The notes: generated from the sequence alone by a model not told the origin. Numbered from the stretch's first letter, positions 30,381 through 39,847 are shown. The stretch: DNA of 64,000 nt from an uncultured Bacilli bacterium (GCA_944350385.1 CALVOV010000005.1:1970-65969), one strand, 5' to 3'. Numbers and translations are program-made.

Positions 30381-31559
30381 GTGAAAACAATCAGAGATAT
30401 AAATCTAAATAATAAGAAAGTAATTATAAGATGTGATTTTAATGTGCCAATTAAAGACGGAAAAATAGTAGATGATACTAGAATAATTGGAGCAATACCT
30501 ACAATAAAATATGCTTTAGATAATAATGCTAAAGTAATTTTAATGTCTCACTTAGGAAGAGTTAAAGAAGAAGCTGATTTAACAAAGAATAATTTAGAGC
30601 CTGTTGCCAAAAGACTAAGTGAATTATTAGGAAAAGAAGTTAAATTTGTCAATGCTACTCGTGGTGAAGTATTAGAAAATGCAATTAATTCCATGCAAGA
30701 TAAAGATATTATTTTAATGCAAAATACTCGCTATGAAGATTTAAATGGTAAAAAAGAAAGTTCAAATGATCCAGAATTAGGAGCTTATTGGGCTTCATTA
30801 GGAGATGTTTATATAAATGATGCATTTGGAACTATTCATAGAGCACATGCATCTAATGTAGGAATTCCAACTAATTTACAAGGAAATTCTGCATTTGGAT
30901 TCTTAATTGAAAAAGAGTTAAATGCTTTAAGTGTTCTAGAAAATCCACCAAGACCATTCGTGGTAGTTTTAGGAGGTGCTAAGGTAGCAGATAAAATCGG
31001 TGTAATAGAAAATCTAGTTACTAAAGCAGATAAAATATTAATCGGTGGAGGAATGGCTTTTACATTTTTGAAAGCTGAAGGATTTAATATAGGTAAGTCA
31101 TTATTGGATGCTGAAAACTTAGAGTTTTGCAAAACTATTTTAAGTAAATATAAAGATAAAATAGTTTTACCTGTTGATATAGCAGTAACTAATGAATATA
31201 GTAATGATGAACCATATCGTCAAAAAGACATAACTGATATAGCAGAAGATGAAATGGGATTGGATATTGGTAATAAAACATTAAATATTTTTGAAAACAA
31301 TTTAAAAGATGCCAAAATAGTTATATGGAATGGTCCACTAGGAGTATATGAATTTGAAAAATATAAAGTTAATACAGATTCATTACTACAATTTTTAGTT
31401 GATAATGACATAAAGACTATTTTAGGTGGAGGAGATATCGTTGCTGCTGCAGGAGTAGCAAACTTAAAAGATAAAGTATATCACGCATCTACAGGTGGAG
31501 GGGCAACCTTAGAATACCTTGAAGGTAAAAAATTGCCAGGAATTGAAGCTATAAAATAG
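30381..31559 (+). CDS. pgk: phosphoglycerate kinase
   Basis: RCDFNVP, SHLGRV and C-terminal STGGGATLE motifs. GTG start preceded by AGGAGG. Confidence 0.96.
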   Translation: MKTIRDINLNNKKVIIRCDFNVPIKDGKIVDDTRIIGAIPTIKYALDNNAKVILMSHLGRVKEEADLTKNNLEPVAKRLSELLGKEVKFVNATRGEVLENAINSMQDKDIILMQNTRYEDLNGKKESSNDPELGAYWASLGDVYINDAFGTIHRAHASNVGIPTNLQGNSAFGFLIEKELNALSVLENPPRPFVVVLGGAKVADKIGVIENLVTKADKILIGGGMAFTFLKAEGFNIGKSLLDAENLEFCKTILSKYKDKIVLPVDIAVTNEYSNDEPYRQKDITDIAEDEMGLDIGNKTLNIFENNLKDAKIVIWNGPLGVYEFEKYKVNTDSLLQFLVDNDIKTILGGGDIVAAAGVANLKDKVYHASTGGGATLEYLEGKKLPGIEAIK

Positions 31560-31568
31560 AACAAGTAG

Positions 31569-32075
31569 GTGAGTGAATTGAATACAGATAACTTCTTCAT
31601 CGCTGATCCATATAAAGATGAACATATTAAGTTGTTTATGGATTTTGAGAATGCTAATGATTACAAAAGACCAGTAACAACATACTTAACTGGAATAAGA
31701 AAAGCCTATGATAAAGAGTCATATAATAAAATTGTAAGAAATAATAATGAATTAAATATTATAAGCTTTATGATGAATAAAAATAAAATGAGCGATTATT
31801 GTTATATAAAAGGCGAAAAAGACAGAAAAGTATGCGAATTGTTTTTTGCGCACTTAAATTTTCCTAGCAAAAATAGACATATCATGGAAAAAGCAAGCTT
31901 TTATGCTTTAAATATATTAGGCATGGAACAAGTTTTTGTATCAATTGCACAAGAAGAAAAAGATTTATATCATCAGTTAATAAATAGTGGTTATGAGGAT
32001 ATTGGAGAAGTAAATGGCAAAAGAACTTTGATAAAAGAAAAGGAAGAAATCAAAGAAGTTAGTAAGGTTATATAA
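31569..32075 (+). CDS. hypothetical protein, possibly a divergent GNAT-fold protein
   Basis: Only a weak C-terminal resemblance to GNAT acetyltransferases (ASFYALNILGMEQVFVSIAQEEKDLYHQLINSGYEDIGE). The start is GTG 31569 or TTG 31578. It is tightly packed between pgk and the next gene. Confidence 0.3.
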   Translation: MSELNTDNFFIADPYKDEHIKLFMDFENANDYKRPVTTYLTGIRKAYDKESYNKIVRNNNELNIISFMMNKNKMSDYCYIKGEKDRKVCELFFAHLNFPSKNRHIMEKASFYALNILGMEQVFVSIAQEEKDLYHQLINSGYEDIGEVNGKRTLIKEKEEIKEVSKVI

Positions 32076-33085
32076 TGCAAATAATAAAAAATATTAAAAA
32101 AAATTCAATAATTTTAATATCAATAACAACAATAATTTTAATATTACTTTTAAAAGATGATTATCAAGAAATTATTAGAAATCTTGTTTCTATGAATATA
32201 TTATGTATAATCATTGCAGCATTCTTTTTCTTTTTATCTATTTTCTTTAAAGCATTAACAAACTATTTGACTATTAATAATAAAAAGAAAATATCAATTA
32301 TAGAAGCTTTCAAACATGAAGTAATCATTCAATTTTTTAATGGTATAACACCATTTTCTAGTGGAGGACAACCAATGGAAATATATATGATGACTAAACA
32401 TAATATTTCCATTGTAGAAGCAACGAATATATCTATTCAAACATTTATTTTTTACCAAGTTGCCTTAGTAATTTATGGTATATTAGCAGTTTGTTATAAC
32501 TATTTTTTTCAAATATTTCCTAATTCTGTTTTATTAAGTAAATTAGTATTATTAGGATTTTTCATTAATTCCTTAGTAGCAATATTATTATTTATTTTTG
32601 TTATTTCAAAAACAATTACAAACAAAATTGCGACTTTTCTTATAAAAATGTTATCAAGAACAAAATTAATCAAGAATCCTGATGATAAAATAGATTTTTT
32701 ATCTAAAAAATTAGATGAATTTCATCAATGTGCTAGATTAATAAAACAAAGAAAAGGCTTATTTACTAAGGGCGTAATTTTAAATTTAATTAGTCTAACA
32801 TTTTTATATATAGTACCTTTACTTATAGTTTATAGCTTGAATGATTATAGTAGTCTGACACCATTAAAAACTTTAACAACTTCTGCTTATGTTTTATTAA
32901 TTGGATCTTTTGTACCAATTCCAGGTGCAAGTGGGGGAATAGAATTTGGATTTTTAAGTTTCTATGGAAACTTTATTAAAAAAAATATTCTTTATTCTGT
33001 TTTAATTGTTTGGAGATTTATCACATATTACTTAGGTATAATAATTGGCGCTATTACTTTTTGCTTAGAAAAGAAGGTGAAATAA
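32075..33085 (+). CDS. flippase-like polytopic membrane protein (LPG_synthase_TM / UPF0104 family)
   Basis: About 8 TM helices, a FSSGGQPMEIYMM motif and a second PGASGGIEFGF motif characteristic of this family. The ATG overlaps the upstream stop. Confidence 0.65.
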   Translation: MQIIKNIKKNSIILISITTIILILLLKDDYQEIIRNLVSMNILCIIIAAFFFFLSIFFKALTNYLTINNKKKISIIEAFKHEVIIQFFNGITPFSSGGQPMEIYMMTKHNISIVEATNISIQTFIFYQVALVIYGILAVCYNYFFQIFPNSVLLSKLVLLGFFINSLVAILLFIFVISKTITNKIATFLIKMLSRTKLIKNPDDKIDFLSKKLDEFHQCARLIKQRKGLFTKGVILNLISLTFLYIVPLLIVYSLNDYSSLTPLKTLTTSAYVLLIGSFVPIPGASGGIEFGFLSFYGNFIKKNILYSVLIVWRFITYYLGIIIGAITFCLEKKVK

Positions 33086-34315
33086 ATGCGAATAGGTTTA
33101 TTTACAGATTCATATCCACCATATATAAATGGAGTTTCTACTAGTGTTGCAATGCTAAAAAAAGCATTAGAAAAGCAAGGACATGTTGTGTATGTTGTTA
33201 CTGTTAGTAACCATGCTTTAAAATATGAGTACAATGAAAAAGAAAGAATCTTAAAGATTCCAGGTATACCTATTGGGATATATGATTATCGATTAAGCAG
33301 AATATATCCAGTTTCCATGATAAACAAAATGCGTAATTGGAAATTAGACATTATTCATTCACATACAGAATTTGGAATTGGAATATTAGCAAGAATATTT
33401 GCTAAACAATTTAATCTACCATTAGTTCATACTTATCATACTTTATATGAGGATTATACACATTACATTACTCATGGTTATTTTGATAAATCTAGCAAAA
33501 AAATAGTAGAGTATCTAACAAAATTTTATTGTGATAAAACAGCTAATGAACTCATTGTTCCAACTAACAAAATATATAAATTATTCAAAGATAAATATGA
33601 ATTTACCAAAAATATCCATATAATTCCAACAGGAATTGAAGTTGAACGTTTCTTTGAAGAAAATATTGATAAAAAAGATGTAGAGTTATTAAGGAAAAAA
33701 TTAAATATAAAAAAGAAAGATTTTATAATTTTGTTTGTTGGAAGGCTTGCTGAAGAAAAGAACGTTACATTCTTGATTAATGCTCATAAAAAGATAGTAG
33801 AGCAAAATAAAAACATTCGCTTATTAATTGTTGGAGATGGACCAGATAGGGAGAAATATGAAAAGCTAGCTAAGTCATTAGACTTAGGTGATATGGTAAT
33901 ATTTAATGGTAAGGCCGCATGGGAGGAAATACCTATTTATTACCATGTATCAAATATATTTGCTACTGCATCTAAGTCAGAAACTCAAGGATTAACAGTT
34001 ATTGAAGCTATGGCTTCCGGAATAACACCAATATGTATAAAAGATGAATCTTTTCAAGGCACTGTTACTGATGAATTAAATGGTCGTATCTTTGAAAATG
34101 AAGAACAATATGTTAAACAAGTCCTTGAATTAGTAAATGATAACAATCTTAGAACTAGATATAATAGTCAAGCAAGAATTCAAGCTGAACATTTTTCGTC
34201 AAAAGCATATGCATCTAGTGTAGTTGAAGTATATAATAGAGCAATAAAGGATAAACAAGCAGAATACCGTTTTGGATTTTTATCAAAAATAATAAAAAAA
34301 ATAAAAGGAGAATAG
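33086..34315 (+). CDS. GT4-family glycosyltransferase (diacylglycerol glycosyltransferase-like)
   Basis: N-terminus MRIGLFTDSYPPYINGVSTSV and C-terminal ETQGLTVIEAMASG, as in GT-B/GT4 glycolipid synthases. The ATG follows the upstream stop directly. Confidence 0.8.
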   Translation: MRIGLFTDSYPPYINGVSTSVAMLKKALEKQGHVVYVVTVSNHALKYEYNEKERILKIPGIPIGIYDYRLSRIYPVSMINKMRNWKLDIIHSHTEFGIGILARIFAKQFNLPLVHTYHTLYEDYTHYITHGYFDKSSKKIVEYLTKFYCDKTANELIVPTNKIYKLFKDKYEFTKNIHIIPTGIEVERFFEENIDKKDVELLRKKLNIKKKDFIILFVGRLAEEKNVTFLINAHKKIVEQNKNIRLLIVGDGPDREKYEKLAKSLDLGDMVIFNGKAAWEEIPIYYHVSNIFATASKSETQGLTVIEAMASGITPICIKDESFQGTVTDELNGRIFENEEQYVKQVLELVNDNNLRTRYNSQARIQAEHFSSKAYASSVVEVYNRAIKDKQAEYRFGFLSKIIKKIKGE

Positions 34316-34316
34316 A

Positions 34317-35009
34317 ATGATTGTCGCTTTAAATAATAAAAGTAATTTAACAAAAACAGAGTTTGAAAAATATATTGAAGATTTAAATAAAATAAAAACA
34401 GAACATACTATGATTTTGGCTCCTAATTTTTTAAATGTTGCTAATTTTAAAAGTGAAAAAATTTATTTAGCAGCTCAAAATGTTAGTAGTTATGAAAAGG
34501 GAGCTCATACTGGAGAAGTATCAGCAGATCAATTGAAATCATTTAATGTAAAATATTGCATAGTTGGTCATTCAGAAAGAAGAAAAAGTCAAAAAGAATC
34601 AAATGAAGAAATTAAATCTAAAATAATTAATTTATTTGCCAACGATATAACTCCAATATTATGCGTAGGAGAAACAAAAGAGGAAAGAGAAACTGGAAAA
34701 GCACAGGAGATTATTGAAGAGGAATTAAAAATTGCTCTTGATGAACTATCACAAGAACAAAGAGATAAAGTTATTATAGCCTATGAACCAATATGGTCTA
34801 TTGGAACAGGTTTGATACCTACTAATGCTCAAATAGAAGAAATAAATAAATTTATTAAAGAAAGATATAATAATAAAGTATTATATGGCGGAAGTGCAAA
34901 TGAAAAAAATATTGACGAATTAAAAAAATGTCCTAGTATTGATGGCTATTTATTAGGAGGCTTAAGTCTAAAGCCAACTAATCTTCAAGAATTTGTAAAT
35001 AAATTGTAA
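34317..35009 (+). CDS. tpiA: triosephosphate isomerase (short form, 230 aa)
   Basis: LNNKSN (the Asn/Lys pair), IVGHSERR and AYEPIWSIGTG catalytic motifs. Confidence 0.9.
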   Translation: MIVALNNKSNLTKTEFEKYIEDLNKIKTEHTMILAPNFLNVANFKSEKIYLAAQNVSSYEKGAHTGEVSADQLKSFNVKYCIVGHSERRKSQKESNEEIKSKIINLFANDITPILCVGETKEERETGKAQEIIEEELKIALDELSQEQRDKVIIAYEPIWSIGTGLIPTNAQIEEINKFIKERYNNKVLYGGSANEKNIDELKKCPSIDGYLLGGLSLKPTNLQEFVNKL

Positions 35010-35019
35010 AATTCATTTA

Positions 35020-35026
35020 TTCGACA
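35020..35026 (-). promoter_or_regulatory. perfect Spo0A-box heptamer (TGTCGAA on the - strand) upstream of spo0A
   Basis: TTCGACA at 35020-35026, 83 nt upstream of the spo0A ATG. A single 7-mer is weak evidence on its own. Confidence 0.3.
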
Positions 35027-35031
35027 TAAAT

Positions 35032-35055
35032 AGAGCTTTATCGCTCTTTTATTTT
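35032..35055 (+). terminator. weak terminator after tpiA
   Basis: AGAGC-tttatc-GCTCT followed by TTTTATTTT. Confidence 0.45.
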
Positions 35056-35108
35056 GTAGAAATGTGTTATACAATGATTATGCTAAGTAGTTATAGATAG
35101 GAGACTAA

Positions 35109-35876
35109 ATGAAAATAATAAATATCTTAGTTGTAGATGACAATAAAGACTTAGTAGTAACAATGAAAAAATATTTTGAAGAAAATTCTAATATAAGAAT
35201 AAAATATGTTGCAAATGATGGTGAAGAAGCCATAAATTTAATCACTTCAAAGAAAGAAGAATATGATTTAATTCTTATGGACACTTTAATACCTAAGTTG
35301 GATGGTATATCACTATTGGAAGAAATAAAAAGTAAAAATATAAATAAAAAAATTTTTATAATAAGTTCTTATAAAGATTTAGAAATATTGCAAAGAACGA
35401 CAGAGTTAAATATTATAAATTATATGTTAAAACCATTTGATTTAAACATTTTAAATAAAAGAATTACTAATTATTTTGAAAATGAAAATTATAATAATTG
35501 TATAGAACATGAAAAAAATACAATTAAAAAGAAAATTACTAAAATTATACATGAATTAGGAGTACCATCAAATTTAAAAGGATATAACTATATACGTGAA
35601 GGTATTATGTTAGTTTATTATGATCCTACCTTATCAAGTAAAATAACAAAAGGTCTTTATCCACAAATAGCAAAGAAATATACTTCAAATGAATCACGAG
35701 TAGAAAGATCAATGCGTCATGCTATTGAAGTAAGTTGGAATAGAGGAAATTGGGATATGATGGAAGATATTTTTGGATATAGTGTTAGTATAGATAAAGC
35801 TAAGCCAACTAATTCAGAATTCATTGTAACTATAGCAGATATGCTTCGCTTAGATTATGAAAAAGTAAATATTTAA
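35109..35876 (+). CDS. spo0A: sporulation master response regulator Spo0A
   Basis: Receiver domain ([23 protein letters not shown]) plus the diagnostic Spo0A C-terminal domain: [19 protein letters not shown]..., [31 protein letters not shown] and [15 protein letters not shown]. Confidence 0.9.
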   Translation: MKIINILVVDDNKDLVVTMKKYFEENSNIRIKYVANDGEEAINLITSKKEEYDLILMDTLIPKLDGISLLEEIKSKNINKKIFIISSYKDLEILQRTTELNIINYMLKPFDLNILNKRITNYFENENYNNCIEHEKNTIKKKITKIIHELGVPSNLKGYNYIREGIMLVYYDPTLSSKITKGLYPQIAKKYTSNESRVERSMRHAIEVSWNRGNWDMMEDIFGYSVSIDKAKPTNSEFIVTIADMLRLDYEKVNI

Positions 35877-35898
35877 AGATACTTAGGTATCTTTTTTT
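35876..35898 (+). terminator. rho-independent terminator
   Basis: AAGATAC-ttag-GTATCTT followed by T-run. Confidence 0.7.
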
Positions 35899-35966
35899 GT
35901 ATTCTTGACATGAAAGTCTAATAAAAGTATACTTAGTTTATAAAATGTGTTAGGAGGTTACAGTTT

Positions 35967-37244
35967 ATGGAACGAAAGATAAATGCGTTTTTACTTAAGT
36001 GGAAAAAAGAAAAAGTTGGAAAACCATTGATAATATATGGCAATAAACAAATTGGTAAAACTTTTTCTGTATTAGATTTTGGTGAAAAAGAATATAAAAA
36101 TATTGTATATTTTAACACAGAGAATAATCAAATATTAGATAATTTATTTAGAAGAGAAAAAGCCATTGATAAAATTATTAGTAACCTTGCAATTATTTCT
36201 GGTGAAACAATTTTAAAAGGAGATACTCTGATTATATTAGATAACCTTGTAAGTAATGACATTGTAAAAGGAATGAAATTGTTTGGTAGTGATAGAAGTG
36301 ATTACAATATTATAGGAATAACTTCTAGAAGGGAAAAATTAAGTGAATTTAAGGGGGAAGAAATTCAGTTTAAAAATATGACTGAAATGGACTTTGAAGA
36401 ATATTTATGGGCTATAGATGAAAAAAATTTAGCTAATATTATAAGAGAATGTTATGAAAAAAGAAAAACCAATCCATTTCATAAAGTATCATTAAATTTT
36501 TTTCATGACTATATTATGACAGGAGGTTTTCCAGAAGTAATATTAGCTAAGAAGCATGGAGAAAAATTTTATCAACTAGATGCTATCAAGCAAAAAATAC
36601 TAGATGTTTATAAAAAAGAAATTGCTCTTAATACTAATTTAATTGATATTCAAAGAGGAATAGAGGTTATTAATTCTATTCCTGAACAATTAAGTAAAGC
36701 AAATAAAAAATTTCAATATGGTGTAATAGGAGAAGGAAGAAGAGCAAAAGAATATGAGACAACGATTGATTATTTAATTAATAACCAGATTATTTATAGG
36801 AGTTATAAAATAAAGAATGTTAAGTCACCATTAAATAGTTGTAAAGATATAGATAGTTTCAAATTATATTTACCTGATGATGGTTTGCTTTTTTCTATGT
36901 TGCATATTAATAAACAGCAATTTTTAAATGATGAGCAAAAGAAAGAAACACTATATGAAAATCATTTAGCAAAAACATTAGTTGAGTCAGGATACTCTCT
37001 TTATTACTATCAATCAGAAGGCAAAGCAGAAGTAAATTTTGTCATTCAAAATAGAATGGGAAAAATCATACCTTTTGAGATAATTGTTAGAGCAAATTCT
37101 AAAGCCAAATCATTGTCTGTTTTTATGAAAAAATTTGAAGTAGAAGAAGCTTATCGTATTACAGAAAATAATTTTCAAACAAAGAAACAAGTTAGATACA
37201 TTCCAATTTATGCTGCATTTTGCTTAAATACTATTAAAATTTAG
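35967..37244 (+). CDS. AAA+ ATPase of the AAA_14 / DUF4143 type
   Basis: Walker A GNKQIGKT near the N-terminus. Length of about 425 aa and the overall pattern are typical of this widespread family. Confidence 0.6.
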   Translation: MERKINAFLLKWKKEKVGKPLIIYGNKQIGKTFSVLDFGEKEYKNIVYFNTENNQILDNLFRREKAIDKIISNLAIISGETILKGDTLIILDNLVSNDIVKGMKLFGSDRSDYNIIGITSRREKLSEFKGEEIQFKNMTEMDFEEYLWAIDEKNLANIIRECYEKRKTNPFHKVSLNFFHDYIMTGGFPEVILAKKHGEKFYQLDAIKQKILDVYKKEIALNTNLIDIQRGIEVINSIPEQLSKANKKFQYGVIGEGRRAKEYETTIDYLINNQIIYRSYKIKNVKSPLNSCKDIDSFKLYLPDDGLLFSMLHINKQQFLNDEQKKETLYENHLAKTLVESGYSLYYYQSEGKAEVNFVIQNRMGKIIPFEIIVRANSKAKSLSVFMKKFEVEEAYRITENNFQTKKQVRYIPIYAAFCLNTIKI

Positions 37245-37267
37245 CAAGGATAAATTATTGTTAAATT

Positions 37268-37281
37268 CGAAAAGATGTTCT
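37268..37281. promoter_or_regulatory. candidate LexA (Cheo-type) box overlapping the dinB -10 element
   Basis: CGAAAAGATGTTCT compared with consensus CGAACnnnnGTTCG gives 8 of 10 specified positions. TATAAT at 37281-37286. Confidence 0.4.
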
Positions 37282-37304
37282 ATAATTCACATAGGAGGTA
37301 TCTT

Positions 37305-38519
37305 ATGGATAGAATTATTTTTCATATTGATGTAAATAATGCCTTTTTATCTTGGACTGCTATATATTTATTAGAGCATGGCTATAAAGAAGATATTCGA
37401 AAAATACCTTCTATAATTGGAGGAGAAGAAAAAGAACGTCGTGGAATAGTGTTAGCCAAATCACCTATAGCGAAAAAATTTGGTATTGTTACGGCAGAAC
37501 CAATTTATCAAGCTAAGAAAAAGTGTCCAAACTTACAAGTGTTTCCAGCAAATCACGAATGGTATAGAATAGAATCACATAAATTTAAGGAATATTTAAA
37601 ACAATATTCACCAGTAATCGAAGAATTTTCTATAGATGAATGTTTTGTAGATATGACAGGAACTAACTATTTATATAAAAACTATATTGAATTAGCTCAT
37701 AAAATAAAAAATGAGATAAAAGAAAAATTTGGTTTTACTGTTAACGTTGGAATTGGAAATAACAAATTATGTGCAAAAATGGCTTCAGATTTTGAGAAGC
37801 CAGATAAAGTGCATACTTTGTTTAAAGACGAAATAGTAACTAAATTATGGCCGTTAGATGTTAAAAATCTATTTATGGTTGGAAAAAAAACAGCTTCTGA
37901 ATTATATAAAATAAACGTTCATACAGTAGAAGAACTAGCTCATACAAATATAAAAAAGTTAGAAAAAATATTTAAAAAGCAGGCTAAATATTTAAAAAAT
38001 GCTAGTTGGGGAATAGATGATAGTGAAGTAAGCGAAGCTAATTATCATAGAAGTATAAGTATTAGCACGACAGAAACATTTCCACATGATATAGATGATG
38101 AAGAAAAGTTAAAAAACTATTTACTTGTTCAAACAGAAAAAGTAACTAGAGAACTACGTGAAAAAAATAAATACGCTAACACAGTAGCAGTTATATATAA
38201 AGATAAAAATTTTAATTCTTATTCAGCACAAGAAAAATTAAAAAATCCGACCAATGAAACAAAAATTATTTATAATAAGGTAATAGAAATTTTAGATAAA
38301 AGTTTTAAAAAACAGCCATTAAGGTTAATTGGAGTTAGACTTTCAGATTTATGCGAACAAAAGAATGAACAATTAACAATATTTGAATTAAGCAATAAAA
38401 TTGAAGACAATTCTTCTATTCAAAAAACGATAGATGAATTAAATAAAAAATTTGGTTCAGATTTAATTATCCCAGCTTCATTAAAAATGATAGCTAAAGA
38501 AAATAAAGAGAAATCTTAA
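37305..38519 (+). CDS. dinB: Y-family DNA polymerase IV
   Basis: IFHIDVNNAFLS, SIDECFVDMTG and NKLCAKMASD motifs. AGGAGG precedes ATG 37305; the track start is 37275. Confidence 0.88.
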   Translation: MDRIIFHIDVNNAFLSWTAIYLLEHGYKEDIRKIPSIIGGEEKERRGIVLAKSPIAKKFGIVTAEPIYQAKKKCPNLQVFPANHEWYRIESHKFKEYLKQYSPVIEEFSIDECFVDMTGTNYLYKNYIELAHKIKNEIKEKFGFTVNVGIGNNKLCAKMASDFEKPDKVHTLFKDEIVTKLWPLDVKNLFMVGKKTASELYKINVHTVEELAHTNIKKLEKIFKKQAKYLKNASWGIDDSEVSEANYHRSISISTTETFPHDIDDEEKLKNYLLVQTEKVTRELREKNKYANTVAVIYKDKNFNSYSAQEKLKNPTNETKIIYNKVIEILDKSFKKQPLRLIGVRLSDLCEQKNEQLTIFELSNKIEDNSSIQKTIDELNKKFGSDLIIPASLKMIAKENKEKS

Positions 38520-38585
38520 AAATTGGATTTCTTTTTTTATTAAATTAAAAAATGTCGAAAAATAAGGAAAAAACAAAAAAAACTC

Positions 38586-38614
38586 TTGCAAAAATAGACC
38601 TCCCCTGTTATAAT
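38586..38614 (+). promoter_or_regulatory. sigma-A-type promoter of the S10 operon
   Basis: TTGCAA (38586-38591), a 17-nt spacer, then TATAAT (38609-38614). Confidence 0.65.
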
Positions 38615-38619
38615 TATTC

Positions 38620-38737
38620 TCGTGTGACTGCTTAGATGTGCGAGGTTGTCGATACTCCAGGTTAAGTTGTTAAATGGTTATCGGGTTATTTGCACGGAGC
38701 AAGTCTATACTAGATATAGGCGAAGGGAGGATTTAAA
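38620..38737 (+). promoter_or_regulatory. structured 5' leader of the S10 operon
   Basis: About 120 nt that are visibly more G+C-rich than the flanks. A possible hairpin is CTCGTG...TGCGAG, and a CTCC/GGAG pairing is possible. The track ORF 38646..38894 inside it is judged spurious. Confidence 0.4.
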
Positions 38738-39049
38738 ATGTCAACAGAAAAAATTCGCATTAGAATCAAAGGATATGATCACAGAATTCTTGATAATGCA
38801 GCAAAGAAAATTGTTGAAACAGTTAGAAGATCTGGTGGAGAAATCTCTGGACCAGTACCACTTCCAACTGAAATTGAAAAATTCACAATTTTAAGAGCTG
38901 TTCATAAATATAAAGATTCTCGTGAACAATTCGAAATGCGTACACACAAAAGACTAATTGATATCAAAAATCCTAGCAAGGAAACTATGGAAGCGTTAGC
39001 TCGTTTAGATTTACCAAGCGGAGTAGATATTCAAATTAAAACTAAATAA
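38738..39049 (+). CDS. rpsJ: 30S ribosomal protein S10
   Basis: [15 protein letters not shown] hallmark; first gene of the conserved cluster. Confidence 0.97.
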   Translation: MSTEKIRIRIKGYDHRILDNAAKKIVETVRRSGGEISGPVPLPTEIEKFTILRAVHKYKDSREQFEMRTHKRLIDIKNPSKETMEALARLDLPSGVDIQIKTK

Positions 39050-39065
39050 TTAGGAGGAAAAAATA

Positions 39066-39782
39066 ATGAAAGGAATCTTAGGTAAGAAAATCGGAATGAC
39101 TCAAGTATTTACTAAAGAAGGTAAATTAATTCCGGTTACTGTTATTGAAGTAGAACCAAATGTTGTTACTCAAATTAAAACAGTAGAAAAAGATGGTTAT
39201 GAAGCTGTACAATTAGCTACTGAAACAATCAGAGAAAGCTTAAGCAACAAACCAGCTATGGGTCATACAAAAAAAGCTAATACAGAACCTAAGCGCTTCT
39301 TAAAAGAAATTAGAGGAGTTAACGTTAACGAATATACTTTAGGTCAAACTATTGGTGTTGACGTTTTCAGCGAAGGCGAGATAGTTGATGTTACAGGAAC
39401 TAGTAAAGGTAAAGGGTTCCAAGGCGTTATTAAACGTTACAATCAAACAAGAGGTCCTATGGGACATGGTTCACAATACCATAGAGGTGTTGGATCACTA
39501 GGTACTTTATTACCAATGCACGTATTAAAAGGTAAAAAGATGCCTGGACAAATGGGTAATGTTCAAAGAACTGTTCAAAATCTAGAAATAGTATCAATTG
39601 ATAAAGAAAATAATGTTATCTTAGTTAAAGGTAATGTTCCTGGTCCAAAGAAATCATTAGTTATGATTCGTACTGCAGTTAAGATGCCAAATGTAAAAAG
39701 AGAGACTGCTGAATTAGTAAGTTATGCTGAACCAGTAGTTGAAGATGTACAAGAAGAAACAACTGTAGAAACAGCTGAATAA
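39066..39782 (+). CDS. rplC: 50S ribosomal protein L3 (with an acidic C-terminal extension)
   Basis: [16 protein letters not shown]-terminus and FQGVIKRYN. It ends with about 30 extra acidic residues. Confidence 0.97.
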   Translation: MKGILGKKIGMTQVFTKEGKLIPVTVIEVEPNVVTQIKTVEKDGYEAVQLATETIRESLSNKPAMGHTKKANTEPKRFLKEIRGVNVNEYTLGQTIGVDVFSEGEIVDVTGTSKGKGFQGVIKRYNQTRGPMGHGSQYHRGVGSLGTLLPMHVLKGKKMPGQMGNVQRTVQNLEIVSIDKENNVILVKGNVPGPKKSLVMIRTAVKMPNVKRETAELVSYAEPVVEDVQEETTVETAE

Positions 39783-39847
39783 TAAACCACACTATATAAT
39801 ATAGAAAGAAAAAATATAAATATTAGTGATGGAAGGAGGAATCGTAA

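Noticed and set aside
35657-35665. Perfect DnaA box TTATCCACA inside spo0A, plus single DnaA-like boxes inside rplP (about 43125) and dinB (about 38089).
   Set aside because: These are isolated, unpaired and embedded in conserved coding sequence; in spo0A the box encodes the conserved LYPQ segment. Roughly one perfect box is expected by chance in this window.
38553-38559. 0A-box heptamer TGTCGAA upstream of the S10 operon promoter, considered as evidence that Spo0A represses ribosomal genes.
   Set aside because: It is a single 7-mer, and several chance copies per 64 kb are expected at this base composition. It is mentioned under the spo0A finding only as a possibility.
38646-38894. 82-aa + strand ORF spanning the S10 leader and the start of rpsJ.
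   Set aside because: It overlaps rpsJ in another frame, starts at a non-ATG codon with no RBS, and its translation has no recognisable features. The region is better explained as the structured 5' leader plus rpsJ.
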